NCBI GenBank assembly: GCA_036867785.1
Contig: CP145420.1
Coordinates: 1,116,001-1,180,000, forward strand
Direction: 5' to 3'
From: Plasmodiophora brassicae
Taxonomy: Eukaryota
Length of the DNA: 64,000 bases
Positions within the stretch are counted from its first letter, which is position 1. Each line of letters opens with the position of its first letter. The position numbers and the translations under genes were made by a program. Of this stretch, positions 1-10,417 are shown piece by piece. The notes below the pieces were generated by a model. That model was not told the DNA's origin. It ran no database searches and saw nothing but the letters and a program-made list of their open reading frames with translations.

Positions 1-224
1 AGGATGTGCGACGGTTGGTGCAGGTCGGTCAGGCGCTTCCAGAAGATGGAGAACATGGAGTTGTACGAGTACCGGTCGCGGGTGTCGTGCGAGATCCGCG
101 CCAGCAGGCGCTCGTCGGCCCCGACCGGGTCGTTCGACGTCGCGTCCCGCACGCGCACCTGCACGTCGTCGTAGTCGAGGGCGACCTCCTTCGCCGCCCG
201 CACCAACTTCTTCACCTGGTCCAT
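1..224 (-). CDS. ENTH-domain (epsin-like) protein, 5' end; runs off the window
   Basis: My translation from ATG at 224 is MDQVKKLVRAAKEVALDYDDVQVRVRDATSNDPVGADERLLARISHDTRDRYSYNSMFSIFWKRLTD. It matches the ENTH pattern 'Y...(K/R)VR(E/D)ATSNDP.G...I.WKRL.D'. Not in the ORF track. Confidence 0.85.
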   Translation of the reverse strand, partial: MDQVKKLVRAAKEVALDYDDVQVRVRDATSNDPVGADERLLARISHDTRDRYSYNSMFSIFWKRLTDLHQPSHI

Positions 225-686
225 GGCGACCGGCGCCCCGATCCGTGAACGAACGTGGCAACGGTGCCCGCTGGTCGCGCAGCACTCTGACTCACACTCA
301 CTCACTCACTCACAACAGAGACAGACGAGAGAGAGAGAGGCACAGCGAGCGACCACCGCCGCCGCCGGGGGGGTCCCCGCCCCGCCCCGCCCCATTTTGC
401 CCAGCGGCCACCACTGGACCACTCGGCGCCGGGGCCCGGACTGACCAATGATTACCAGTCCCCACATGACGATCCTCTCTCGCAGGTGCCGACCCCACTC
501 CACAGGCCCCGCCTACTATATACAGCGTTGGACTTATCGACACACACACACTCGACCGCGGTGATTGTACAAGGAGACGGTTTGGTTACGTGTGCCAAGA
601 TTCGTCAGGGTCGCCCCGGGGCGTACCACCACCATGGTACGCCCACCTGGGTCGTGGGTGGGGTACCTGGGGCATTGCATCGCGGC

Positions 687-2129
687 ATGTTGCCGCCGAT
701 AGCGTCGACGGGCGGCGAACCGACGCCGCACCATCACGCGCCGCCGCCGAGTCGGACGCAGCAGCGCCGCCAGGTCCACGATTGGCGGCGGCGGTACGCG
801 AAAGCGAAGCACAGGGCGGACACGATCCGCGCCAAGACCAGCCAGCATCGGCACGCGGACGCGGCCGCAGGGCGAATGCCATCGGCACGGCCGACCACGG
901 AGGACCTCCTGTTCGCCATACCGAGGCGGCACCGGATGGCATCCGATTCGGCCGCCCGTATCGAGCGCCTGCTGAGCAAGGCCGCCGAGCGACGCGCCAA
1001 CCAGTCGGCGGCATTCAGCACCACGCTGCAGGAGCGCCTGCACCGGCTCGATGCCGAGGCGCGGCGCGTCCAGACCGAGGCCGGTGAGCGCCACAGGCAA
1101 CGGCCCCGGGAGACGCCGCCCCGCAAGGTGCCGCCGATGGGCGAGAAACCGCCGACGCCCCCTCAGCAACAGCGTCCATCACCGCCGCCGCCGCCGCCGC
1201 CGCCACCACCACCCCCGGCACAACGCAAAGCGGAACAGCCCAAGGCGCCGGCGCCAGGGGACCCGACCAATCTGTCGAACGTCGAGCGGTTCTTCTACGA
1301 CGAAGAGGTCCGGAGGCGGGCGAAGGAGGAGCGCGATCGACGACGACAGACGCGGCAGGAACGATCCGGCGAGGACGCCATCCGCACGGCGAAGAAGGTC
1401 TGGGAGCGCATGCAGCGAGATGTCGAGGCGAAATGGGCATCGTACAAACCCGCGGTAACCCCAATGGTCCCTGTCGAGTGCCTCGTGTCGTCTGACGCTG
1501 ATTCCCCGGGACAGCAGCAGCAGCAGCAGCAGCAGCAGGGCCATGGGCGCCAGTCGCAGACGTACTCGTGCTCGGCGTCGGCGTCGGATAAATGGGCGAC
1601 GACGCCCGTTCGGGACCTGAAGGCGTTGCTGCGGGGCCTGGGCGTTCCCGACTCCACAATGCTCTGCATGGAGCGCGGCGAGATCATCGCGCTGCTCGAG
1701 AAGAAGAGCGCCGACCAAGCCGCCAAACAGGAACGTGCCGCGCGGCAGAGAGCAGAGGAGGAATGCAACGACCGGTTGCGATCCAAGGTAGTCTGAACCA
1801 GAACGCTGCGGTCCATGCAGCCTTGTCCTCAGTTGCAGGTGCAGATTGTATGCGAAGTGGACGAGTGGAGGAAGAACCGGACGCTGCGCTGGATGCTGAA
1901 CAGCCTGAACAGCGCCGCGCCGGGCCAGGCGCCGTACCTGCCGGCGAACGCATCGTTCGAGACGGTCTGCAAGGTGTACAAGCGGGCGCTGCTGAAGATC
2001 CACCCGGATAAACATATAGGGACGACGCTGGAGTCCTGGTACCGCGCCGAGGAGACCTTCAAGGCCGTCAACGAGTCGTTCAACCAGTACAAGGCCCTGC
2101 ACGAACTGCGCTCTTACATTAAATCATAA
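687..2129 (+). CDS. Auxilin-like / DnaJ-domain protein, 2 exons (intron ~1788-1838)
   Basis: Low-complexity N-terminal part (poly-P, poly-Q) joined through a phase-0 GT..CAG intron to EVDEWRKNRTLRWMLNSL...VCKVYKRALLKIHPDK. This is a C-terminal J domain with HPD in an auxilin-type context. The start codon is inferred. Confidence 0.75.
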
Positions 2130-2287
2130 CACGCCAAGGTGCAGACGCTTCCCGGGACGACGATGACGCCACCAGGTGTCTGTTCGTTTCGCGTGTTACC
2201 CAGTCTGACGTCGGTTATCGGGTTCGTGGGTCCGCGTCGACGCCACACAGCGCTGTCGGTCGGCCGGGCGGATTGGCGGTGCCGGTC

Positions 2288-2971
2288 ATGAACTATTCGG
2301 TCGCGGTCCCGGCCCTCGTTCCGCTAGCGCAGGCGGCAGGACAAGCGGTCGTCGTCGGTTCGGCTGCTGCTGGAGTCGCTGCGGGCGCTCCGATGGCTGC
2401 CCACGATATCCTGGACGCTGCCTCGGAGGTCGACGCCCGCAAGCGCCTCCGGCTGTCCCATCCCGGCCGGATCACAGCGGAAGAGTTCGTCGACGCCCCT
2501 GTTCGGGAGCACGCGATCGTCAGTCAGCAGGCGTCAAGCGTTTATCCTGCTGCAGGCGCCCCCGCCTGGTTCGCGCCCGCCATGGCGGCAGCGCTGGGCC
2601 CCGTCGTGAATCACATGAACCACATAAACGCCAGGCTGGACGGCGTCTGCGCCAGGCTGGACAACACGCGGATCAGGGCCCGGCATGCAAGCCGTGCTGG
2701 CCTCAACACGGTGTTGCTCCCCGTCCTGAAGGAGACGGCTGGCCATCCGGCCGGTCAGACACCCGCCGTGTTCTCTGCCGCAATCCCGGCCGGTGCTGCT
2801 GAATTCCCTGTCGGCGCGCCTCTTCCGGATGTGCCGTTCTTCCCTCGAGCTGGCCTGAGCTCGACGGCACTGAATGCTCTGCCGGGCGCGCATCTCGCGC
2901 GTTTGGAATGGTTCTACAACGTCGATCTCGGTAACCGTTGCTGTCTGATCTCGGTAACCGTTGCTGTCTGA
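2288..2971 (+). CDS. Hypothetical Ala-rich protein, possibly Mug135-like C-terminal (DUF1773) family; left-arm copy, 3' end probably truncated
   Basis: Motifs APAWFAPAMAAAL...LDNTRIRAR...FP...LNAL....LARLEWFY resemble my recollection of Mug135_C proteins. Not verified. Confidence 0.45.
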   Translation: MNYSVAVPALVPLAQAAGQAVVVGSAAAGVAAGAPMAAHDILDAASEVDARKRLRLSHPGRITAEEFVDAPVREHAIVSQQASSVYPAAGAPAWFAPAMAAALGPVVNHMNHINARLDGVCARLDNTRIRARHASRAGLNTVLLPVLKETAGHPAGQTPAVFSAAIPAGAAEFPVGAPLPDVPFFPRAGLSSTALNALPGAHLARLEWFYNVDLGNRCCLISVTVAV

Positions 2972-3611
2972 TCAGACAGCAACGGTTACCGAGATCGACG
3001 TTGTAGAACCATTCCAAACGCGCGAGATGCGCGCCCGGCAGAGCATTCAGTGCCGTCGAGCTCAGGCCAGCTCGAGGGAAGAACGGCACATCCGGAAGAG
3101 GCGCGCCGACAGGGAATTCAGCAGCACCGGCCGGGATTGCGGCAGAGAACATGGCGGGTGTCTGACCGGCCGGATGGCCAGCCGTCTCCTTCAGGACGGG
3201 GAGCAACACCGTGTTGAGGCCAGCACGGCTTGCATGCCGGGCCCTGATCCGCGTGTTGTCCAGCCTGGCGCTTATGTGGTTCATGTGATTCACGACGGGG
3301 CCCAGCGCTGCCGCCATGGCGGGCGCGAACCAGGCGGGGGCGCCTGCAGCAGGATAAACGCTTGACGCCTGCTGACTGACGATCGCGTGCTCCCGAACAT
3401 GGGCGTCGACGAACTCTTCCGCTGTGATCCGGCCGGGGTGGGACAGCCGGAGGCGCTTGCGGGCGTCGACCTCCGAGGCAGCGTCCAGGATGTCCTGGGC
3501 AGCCATCGGAGCGCCCGCAGCGACTCCAGCAGCAGCCGAACCGGCGACGACCGCTTGTCCTGCCGCCTGCGCCAGCGGAACGAGGGCCGGGACCGCGATC
3601 GAGTAGCTCAT
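2972..3611 (-). CDS. Second copy of the same hypothetical protein (right arm); reads through the palindrome axis
   Basis: MSYSIAVPALVPLAQAAGQ... is near-identical to the left copy and has no stop before the axis. Confidence 0.45.
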
Positions 3612-4052
3612 GCCCGGAACCGACAATCCGACCGACGACCGACAGCGCTGCGCGACGGGTTTAGATCTGTTGACCGCACTCGGCACTCCTTTTGGCGTTT
3701 CCATTCATGAAGAGCAGTACAGCAAGGCGTCTGGGGCACGTCCTGACACTCGCTTCTTGCTAGTTGCTGACGTTCTGCTGTCTCGTCTCGAAGCACCCCG
3801 ATTGACTGATCAGCGCCACAACGTCGACCTGGCCCGTCGCCGTCCTCGTCCTGTGCTGTGCGCCATGGTCAATATGGTCAGCCCATACCTGAATACAGAC
3901 GTCCGGCTGTCCGATGCAGACCGGACCGCCCACCGCCCGTCCCCATTGGCAACGCGTACTGATTTACACTGTCGCCAATAGAAATAGCAATCTGTGGAGG
4001 GCTGGCCCCGCTTCCGTCCGGATCGCGGGGACGTCGGCCGTACGGCCACGTC

Positions 4053-4781
4053 ATGTCGACCAGGCGACGTCGTGCTGTCGCGGTGCTCGTCGCGATTTCC
4101 ACATGGACGGCCATCGTCACCGTCCTGTTCCTCGTACTGGCGGTACGGCCGGAACGGTCCGTCTGGGACGTCGGACCCGGACTGGCTCCTGTTCTCCTGG
4201 TCGTACCGGCAAGGGTACTGTCGGGACCCGCCGCCTTTGCTGCAGCAATGGGTGCGCTACGCCGTCGACAATCGGTGTGACCTGTATGGTGAGGAGGTAC
4301 GGCTCCAACGGAACCGTTGTCCATGGCGCCCCGTTCGACATCGGCTTCAAGGCTGACGGTATCGGCCAATGCGACAGCGAGCAAGCGTGCGAAATCACCC
4401 GGGCCGAGTACCCAACCCGGGACACAAAGCCATTCGTATGGTTCGCTGGCTACCAGTACTACGTCGTCGACGTCGACGGCAACGCGTTCTCCATGCGTTT
4501 CCCGCAGCTGAAGCGGATCGGGGCCGTCGTCCTGAAGGCGGGCAGCTTTAAGCAATGGTTCTCGGATCGCGTCCGGCCCTGGGTGCATCACATCCCGATG
4601 AACGCATCCTTGGACGAACCTACCCGATCGCGTAGCCTGGGCCGTCGCGCACCCTGAAGAACCGCAACGGATCAGCGCCCGCGCCGCCGATCTGGCCAAC
4701 ACTCACGTGCGCGACGCCGATGCACGATGTTACCTATTCCGTCTGCTTGTCGAGTACGCGTCGCTGTTCGATGGCACGTAG
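4053..4781 (+). pseudogene. Glycosyltransferase family 90 (CAP10-like) remnant
   Basis: Four segments in successive frames: an N-terminal TM anchor; SYRQGYCRDPPPLLQQWVRYA; DIGF...QC...YQYYVVDVDGNAFSMRF...VLKAGSFKQWFSDRVRPWVHHIP; and DRVAWAVAHPEE..RI...CYLFRLLVEYASL*. The central part is missing. Confidence 0.7.
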
Positions 4782-5083
4782 GTAAACCAGAATGGTCTGC
4801 GCAGACCAGACGGCAATCGCGCTCGACGCGTGCGTTGTTGCGTACGTAGTAGCGTCGCCCTTGGCAGGCGGAGGCCGTTCTGTTGGGCGGTGCCGCCGCG
4901 GCAGTTGCCAGTCGCAATGGAGTAGTTGTCGATGCAGTTCATCATGATGGCGGGCCCAGGCTGCTGCTGGGCGGGTTTTGATGTCGGTTTTTTGGGGCTG
5001 TCAGCGGGCGACAGTCAAAGGACGGGTTCGGGTTGACGACCAGTGATCCGTCTGTGCCCCGGGGGGACGGGGTCAACCACGCC

Positions 5084-5569
5084 ATGGGTCACGACGGTGC
5101 GCATGATGACGGGTACGTCAAGCCACTGCCGATGGTGGCGCTGGGGGCGGGCATCGGTGCCTGCTGGGGCGTGTACAAGGCCATGTGGGGCGACCTGCCC
5201 ATCGGGCGTCCGGGGCGCAACGAACCGTTCCTGAAGAACACGCTCGGGCAGATCGGGCGTAGCATGGGGCTGATGGCCGCCGTCGGCGCCGCATACACCG
5301 TGACGAAGAACTCGCTGGTGTCGATGCGCGGCAAGGACGATGTCTGGAACAAGGTGGGCGCATGCGCGTCGACCGGCGCCGTCATCGGCGTCTACAAGAA
5401 CAGCGTGCGGGTCGCGTTCGGCTGCGGGATCTTCCTCGGCATCGTCGTCCCAAGTGTGGCGGCGCTGACCCGCGTCAGCTTCTTCGAGGACCAGGAACGA
5501 CGCAACTACAAACTGGACCCGTTCGGGCAGGCGCGCCTGATCAAGGCGCAGGAGCAGCAGTGTGAATGA
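5084..5569 (+). CDS. Tim17/Tim22/Tim23/PMP24-family membrane protein (possibly NDUFA11-like)
   Basis: Gly-rich TM helices and the motif SMRGKDDVWNKVGACASTGAVIG. Confidence 0.75.
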   Translation: MGHDGAHDDGYVKPLPMVALGAGIGACWGVYKAMWGDLPIGRPGRNEPFLKNTLGQIGRSMGLMAAVGAAYTVTKNSLVSMRGKDDVWNKVGACASTGAVIGVYKNSVRVAFGCGIFLGIVVPSVAALTRVSFFEDQERRNYKLDPFGQARLIKAQEQQCE

Positions 5570-5723
5570 GGCCAGCGCAATGCATACAAGCGCCCAAGTG
5601 CTGGCCAGGTGGGTGTCCTGCTGCGTGTGACCGACCACGCGCGAGGTATAGGTGCAACGATGGTCCAACGCGTTCGGCACTGATGGTTTCGTACGCGAGG
5701 TGGTGGTGGCGCGCCCACGACGT

Positions 5724-7764
5724 TTACCCTTCGATATTAACGTGCACGATAGGGAGCTGTCCGGCCTTGCCCTGGTGCAGAGAGCTGACCCATGCGTTCC
5801 ACTGCTTGTCCTCCTCGGCTTTCGGCACGATCCTAGGCCAGGCGTTGCTGTAGAAGCGCACGAGGCGCCCACCGGGGATGCGCAGGCGCAGGACCTCGTT
5901 CGGGTCGTACGGCAGTTTCCGGTCGCGAATGTTGGTCAGGATGACGGCGGACACGATCAGCGATAGGACAATGACGGCGAGGATCCATCGGAAGTTCGCA
6001 TCGTAGACGTGGAGCGATTTCACGCCGAGTCGGGCGCTCTCCGCGTCGAATACGGCCGCGAAGGTCAGGCCGCCGATGACGCCCGCGGTCGCCCATGCGG
6101 TCAGTACCATCCTGTGTCCCGCCAACCACTCGTCAGCACGTCGTGGCAATGCTGCCCCATCGGGTACGTACCCGTGTGTGGCCCCCGTGTTCTGGGCGCT
6201 GAACTGGTCGGCCAGGAGCGCAGGTATCGTACCGAACCCGCCGCCGTACCTATTGCCAGTGTCGGCACACGTACGCGGGGCGGCGTGAACGCCCACGACC
6301 GACAACTTACATGAAGGCGACGCCAAAGACGCAGGTCAGGAATGCCGCGTAGTACTGATTGCTGATCGTGATGGGCAGGATGCCGACGAAGATCGCCTGC
6401 GACGCCAGCATGACGATGAACATTGTCTTGCGCCCGACACGATCGGAGATGGTCGAGACGATCAGACGGCCGCCTAGATTGCACCCGCCGAGGATCGCGT
6501 TCACGGTGACGGCCTCGTCGGCGCTTCGACCGAACTGAGCGGTCGCAATCGTCTGGATCTTTGAGATCACCAGCAGGCCTTGTGCCAGGCGATTAGCACT
6601 GGGTCAGGTCGGGCACGCGCGAGTGCGCACCTGCGATGATGTTGCCCAGGAACATGAGCTCAATGAGGAGGAATTCCCTGGAGAAGAGCGCTTCGGAGAG
6701 CGTCATCGTCCAATGCCCCGACGGCTGCGTTTGCTGCCGCGCTGGATCGTCGGTTGCTGCCGAGTTGCGCTCGATGGCTATGACCTGCAGGTTGGGCTTG
6801 CGTTCGAGCTCTTCGGCGCCCTTAATGGACTGGACGCCGACGCCGTCGACGGTGTACCCGGGCGGTGGGATTCGAAGCGTGACGCCGCTGACGACCATGA
6901 TCGTGAAGTAGGCGACGCCCAGCGTCACAAACACCATCGGTAGCGGCAGCACTCTGATCAGCGCCTTCTGCACATCTACGCACAGACGGATCAGATTAAC
7001 GGGCGTCTCTTGGCGTCATCGCCTACAGGATGCGACGATGGATCCGCCCCCGAACCCGCATACTGAAGCAAGGGCGTCGAACCGTTACATCACAGGAACG
7101 CGATTGGCAATCGGCAAACAAGGCGACCACGTACCTGCGAACCCGGCAGCGATGCCTCGACAGTCGGGGAACCACTTCTGCAGTGGCGATACGGGAGAGA
7201 TGTACCCGATGCCGAGCCCCATGCCGCCGACGACACCGTAGCTGATGTAGATGACGGCGATGGATTTCAGGTACACGCCCAGTGCCGTGCCGAGGTTGCC
7301 CAGCGTGAAGAGCGTCGCGCCCAGCAGGACGCCCTTCAGCGGGCCGTTTCTTTCGAGCCATGGACCCAGGATGGCCGCAGTCAGGCCAAGGAACGCCACC
7401 GCAATGTAGAACGTCACTGGAGCGATGTTCAGGTCCACGAGCGTGCCGTTGACGATCGGCGGGTCGTACAGGTATCTCTCGATCGCCGTGTTGAACCCAC
7501 TCCAGGCGTACAGTGACCCGATGCACATCTGATCACGGTCGGTGTGTTCACATGCGGGCGCGTCTGCTAAACGGTAGTGGGGGGACGGCGCGGCAGGCGT
7601 ACCTGGATGAGGAAGGCGGCGGGGAACAGGACGTACCGGCTGAACGGTACGACGGGGACGCCGGGTATCAGCCAGCGCTCCCGCTCGATCTGCCGCTGGC
7701 TACGCTCCATGCCGTGTGTCGTCCAGTGGGCCACGATCGCCTCCTTCACCCTCGCTGCCATCAT
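5724..7764 (-). CDS. MFS transporter, oxalate:formate antiporter (OFA)-like, multi-exon
   Basis: Exon peptides CIGSLYAWSGFN, GMGLGIGYISPVSPLQKWFPD, NLGGRLIVSTISDRVGRK and YGGGFGTIPALLADQF, separated by short GT-AG introns. Confidence 0.88.
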
Positions 7765-8006
7765 GTGTTCAGCTGCGGGGGGTGCCAGCTGTCTCCCAAC
7801 GAGACAGAATGTTGTTATGTGACGAGGTGCCCTGTGCGACGTTCTCACCGAGGGGGATGCGGGTCCGATTCGGAGATATTTGTGGTGACTGGTGGGTGGC
7901 CCTTCTCTGGGGGCGCTGGTGGGGCCTGGAGGCGCGCCCCGCCCCCCATCGGCGCTACCCTACTTACTGCCTCTCTGGCGTCATCCGCAATCGCGCGCCT
8001 CTGTGT

Positions 8007-10205
8007 TTACAACATGACACAGCAGGCAGTGTTCGTGGGCCGACGGCGCCGATCGCCAGCGTCGACGACGTCGTTCGCCCCAGCCTCTGGTTGCATACGG
8101 AGCGTGACCTTGTACCTCGGGATGGCCTGGAACGGGTCCTCGATCCGGATGGCGGCGCCCGGTTCGCTACCCAGGTCGTCGTCCGCGTGACGTCGTCCAG
8201 ACAGGACTTCGCATAGCAGGACGGCGGCAGCGTGCTGCCGACCAGCGATGTCGCCGATTCGTCCTGCGAAATGCCCGGCGGCAACGGGGAACCCTCGTGC
8301 GAGATCGAACTCGGGTCCGTTCCAGAACAGCAGGCGTGGCGTGCAGGACGATGACCCGTCATCACCATATTGGCTGTACGTGGCGACTAGCTGGGCGGCC
8401 CTGCTCAGGTACTTGCGCTCCAGGTCGGCCGACACGATCGCCTCGATCGATGCCACGCTGACGTCTGTGCCGGGGCAGACGCCACAAACGACATCCCTGA
8501 CGACGCGAACCTCTCGGTCGGATGCCAACGTGGCCCTGGGCGATACCGGATCCGTCACATGGTCGCAAGCGGACGCCAGCAGCTGCTGGGCGGTGGTCCC
8601 AGTGCAGGTCGACGGGTCCAACAGGGCATGCCGGACGGCGAAACTGGCAGCAACCGCCGATGGTTGACAATCAGACGTCGCATCCGCCCATCAACGCGCG
8701 AGGGTCGTACTCGAGGGCGGGCAGCAGGTCGCGCTGCTCGTGTCGCAGGAGGCGCTCCCGCAGCAGGTCGTTCTCACGCTGAACCGTCTCGCGATGCTGC
8801 AACAGGGCCAGCACCTTGGCGCTGACGACGTGCGCGCCGTGCTGACGCGCTTCCCGTCGGGGCACCTGTCCGCCGTTCAACAATGTAATTGGCAACCACC
8901 ACGTCGGCATGCGGACACGCCCCCCGACCTGCACAATGGTACGGATACGATCCCAGTCGCGCCTGCCGTTCGTCTGGCGTTCCAGGGCGGACGACAGGCG
9001 GCGAACCTGCTCACGAAGCTGCTCGACCAGCTGGTCGCCGTCGACGATCGCATCATGACGACCAGGGCCACTGGCACGTTGCTGCTGCTGCTCATGCGCG
9101 ACGACGTACTTGGAAGGTTGTGCACGGGTAGCCACAGCCATCGCCTGCCGGGCGTACTCCAACGTTCGCAGCGTGTCCCGCAGGCGACGACGCGGGCCGC
9201 ATTGGACGCACCCGACCAGGACGACACGCGAGCGACCGTCGAGCGCTGGGCGCAACAGGAACGTTAGACGCGATTCCCGCCAGGCGTGGGAGGATCCGCG
9301 AGCGGCCATGTCGCTGATGACACGACCCAGGACAGTCAGCGACATGTTGATGTGGCTGGATTCGCGTGGGTCGGCGCCGCGTCGCTCGCTGCCAGCCAGG
9401 TCCACCATCGTGCACTGGGACAGGCGCCGCCCCTCGCTGTCGCGACACTCCACAACGGCAATGCAATGCGATCGAGACGACGACGCATTCACGGCCGTCT
9501 GCGACGACGTACGTGCCTGCTGCCCGGCGGCAATCACACGTAACAAGTGGTCGCTGGATTCGACCCTGACCGTCGTGCAGGATTCACAGTAGGGGCCCCA
9601 GACCGGGTGCTCGCGCACTCGTAGACGTACCCGCTCCTGCCCTTCGTCGTGTGCCGGCAGCAGCAGATCGAACGGCTGATCGTCGTACACTTCAATCATC
9701 TGCAGGTGCAGCGACCCACCGGAACGCGTCTGACGATCGAGCAAGGCCTCTGCGTCGGACATCGTGTCAGTACTGAACGTCCGACCGACGAACACGACAC
9801 GCGCTGACGTGCTATCCGGGGGATCAGGCCCGGCGAGTCCGGCACACGTCCCATGCAGGTGTGCGTCTTGCCCGAGTTGGTCGTCCCGTACGCCAGCAGG
9901 GCAACGTTAAACCCTTGAGCGATCCAGGACAGGACACCCGGGCCGATCCGTGCGTAGACGTCGTCCTGGGTGGCCTGCGGGCCCAGACAATCGTCGTACA
10001 TGAAGGTACGCAGACGTCGATCCGGGGCCATGCGCACGTCTATACGGCCTCTGGATTCATCGACGACCAGCGGCGGACGGGATAGGAGGGTTCGTATCGG
10101 GCGGACGCGAACGCAGACCCGGAACCGATCAGCACCCGCCTTACCGGTGCCGGGCAACCGGTCCTGGCCGTCGACGTCGACATGGACATCGATGCTGTCC
10201 AGCAT
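8007..10205 (-). CDS. Kinesin motor protein (kinesin-3-like motor), multi-exon, C-terminus ...ACCVML*
   Basis: RVCVRVRP, P-loop GTTNSGKT, LRVREHPVWGPY, NASSSRSH and DLAGSER. Introns at ~9750-9809 and ~8644-8710 join the ORFs in frame. Confidence 0.88.
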
Positions 10206-10417
10206 GGTCACTGCGACCGCCTGCTGGTACCCGCATTATGGATCGCACGGAACAGCCTGTTGCCGTTACGTCGGGACCAGGTGGACGATGCACATGGGTA
10301 GGAGGTACAGGTACACATGACAGCACCGGTCGTGCAGGTCCAGGAGGTAAGTCCCCCCGGCGCTCGGGGTCCGTGACGGAGTCCGTCGCCCCACACGCGC
10401 CACCGCCGCGTCGGCCC

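Larger units (their letters stand above)
2248..3650. repeat. Large spacerless inverted repeat, arms ~700 bp, axis 2971/2972
   Basis: ORF 2273-2971(+) and ORF 2703-3704(-) encode near-identical proteins. Bases 2947-2996 are a perfect palindrome. The left arm has an extra 23-nt tandem duplication (2924-2946) and a 21-nt in-frame insertion. Confidence 0.95.

Noticed and set aside
534-2102. Long antisense and overlapping ORFs here and across the window
   Set aside because: These are shadow ORFs expected at high GC opposite real coding sequence.
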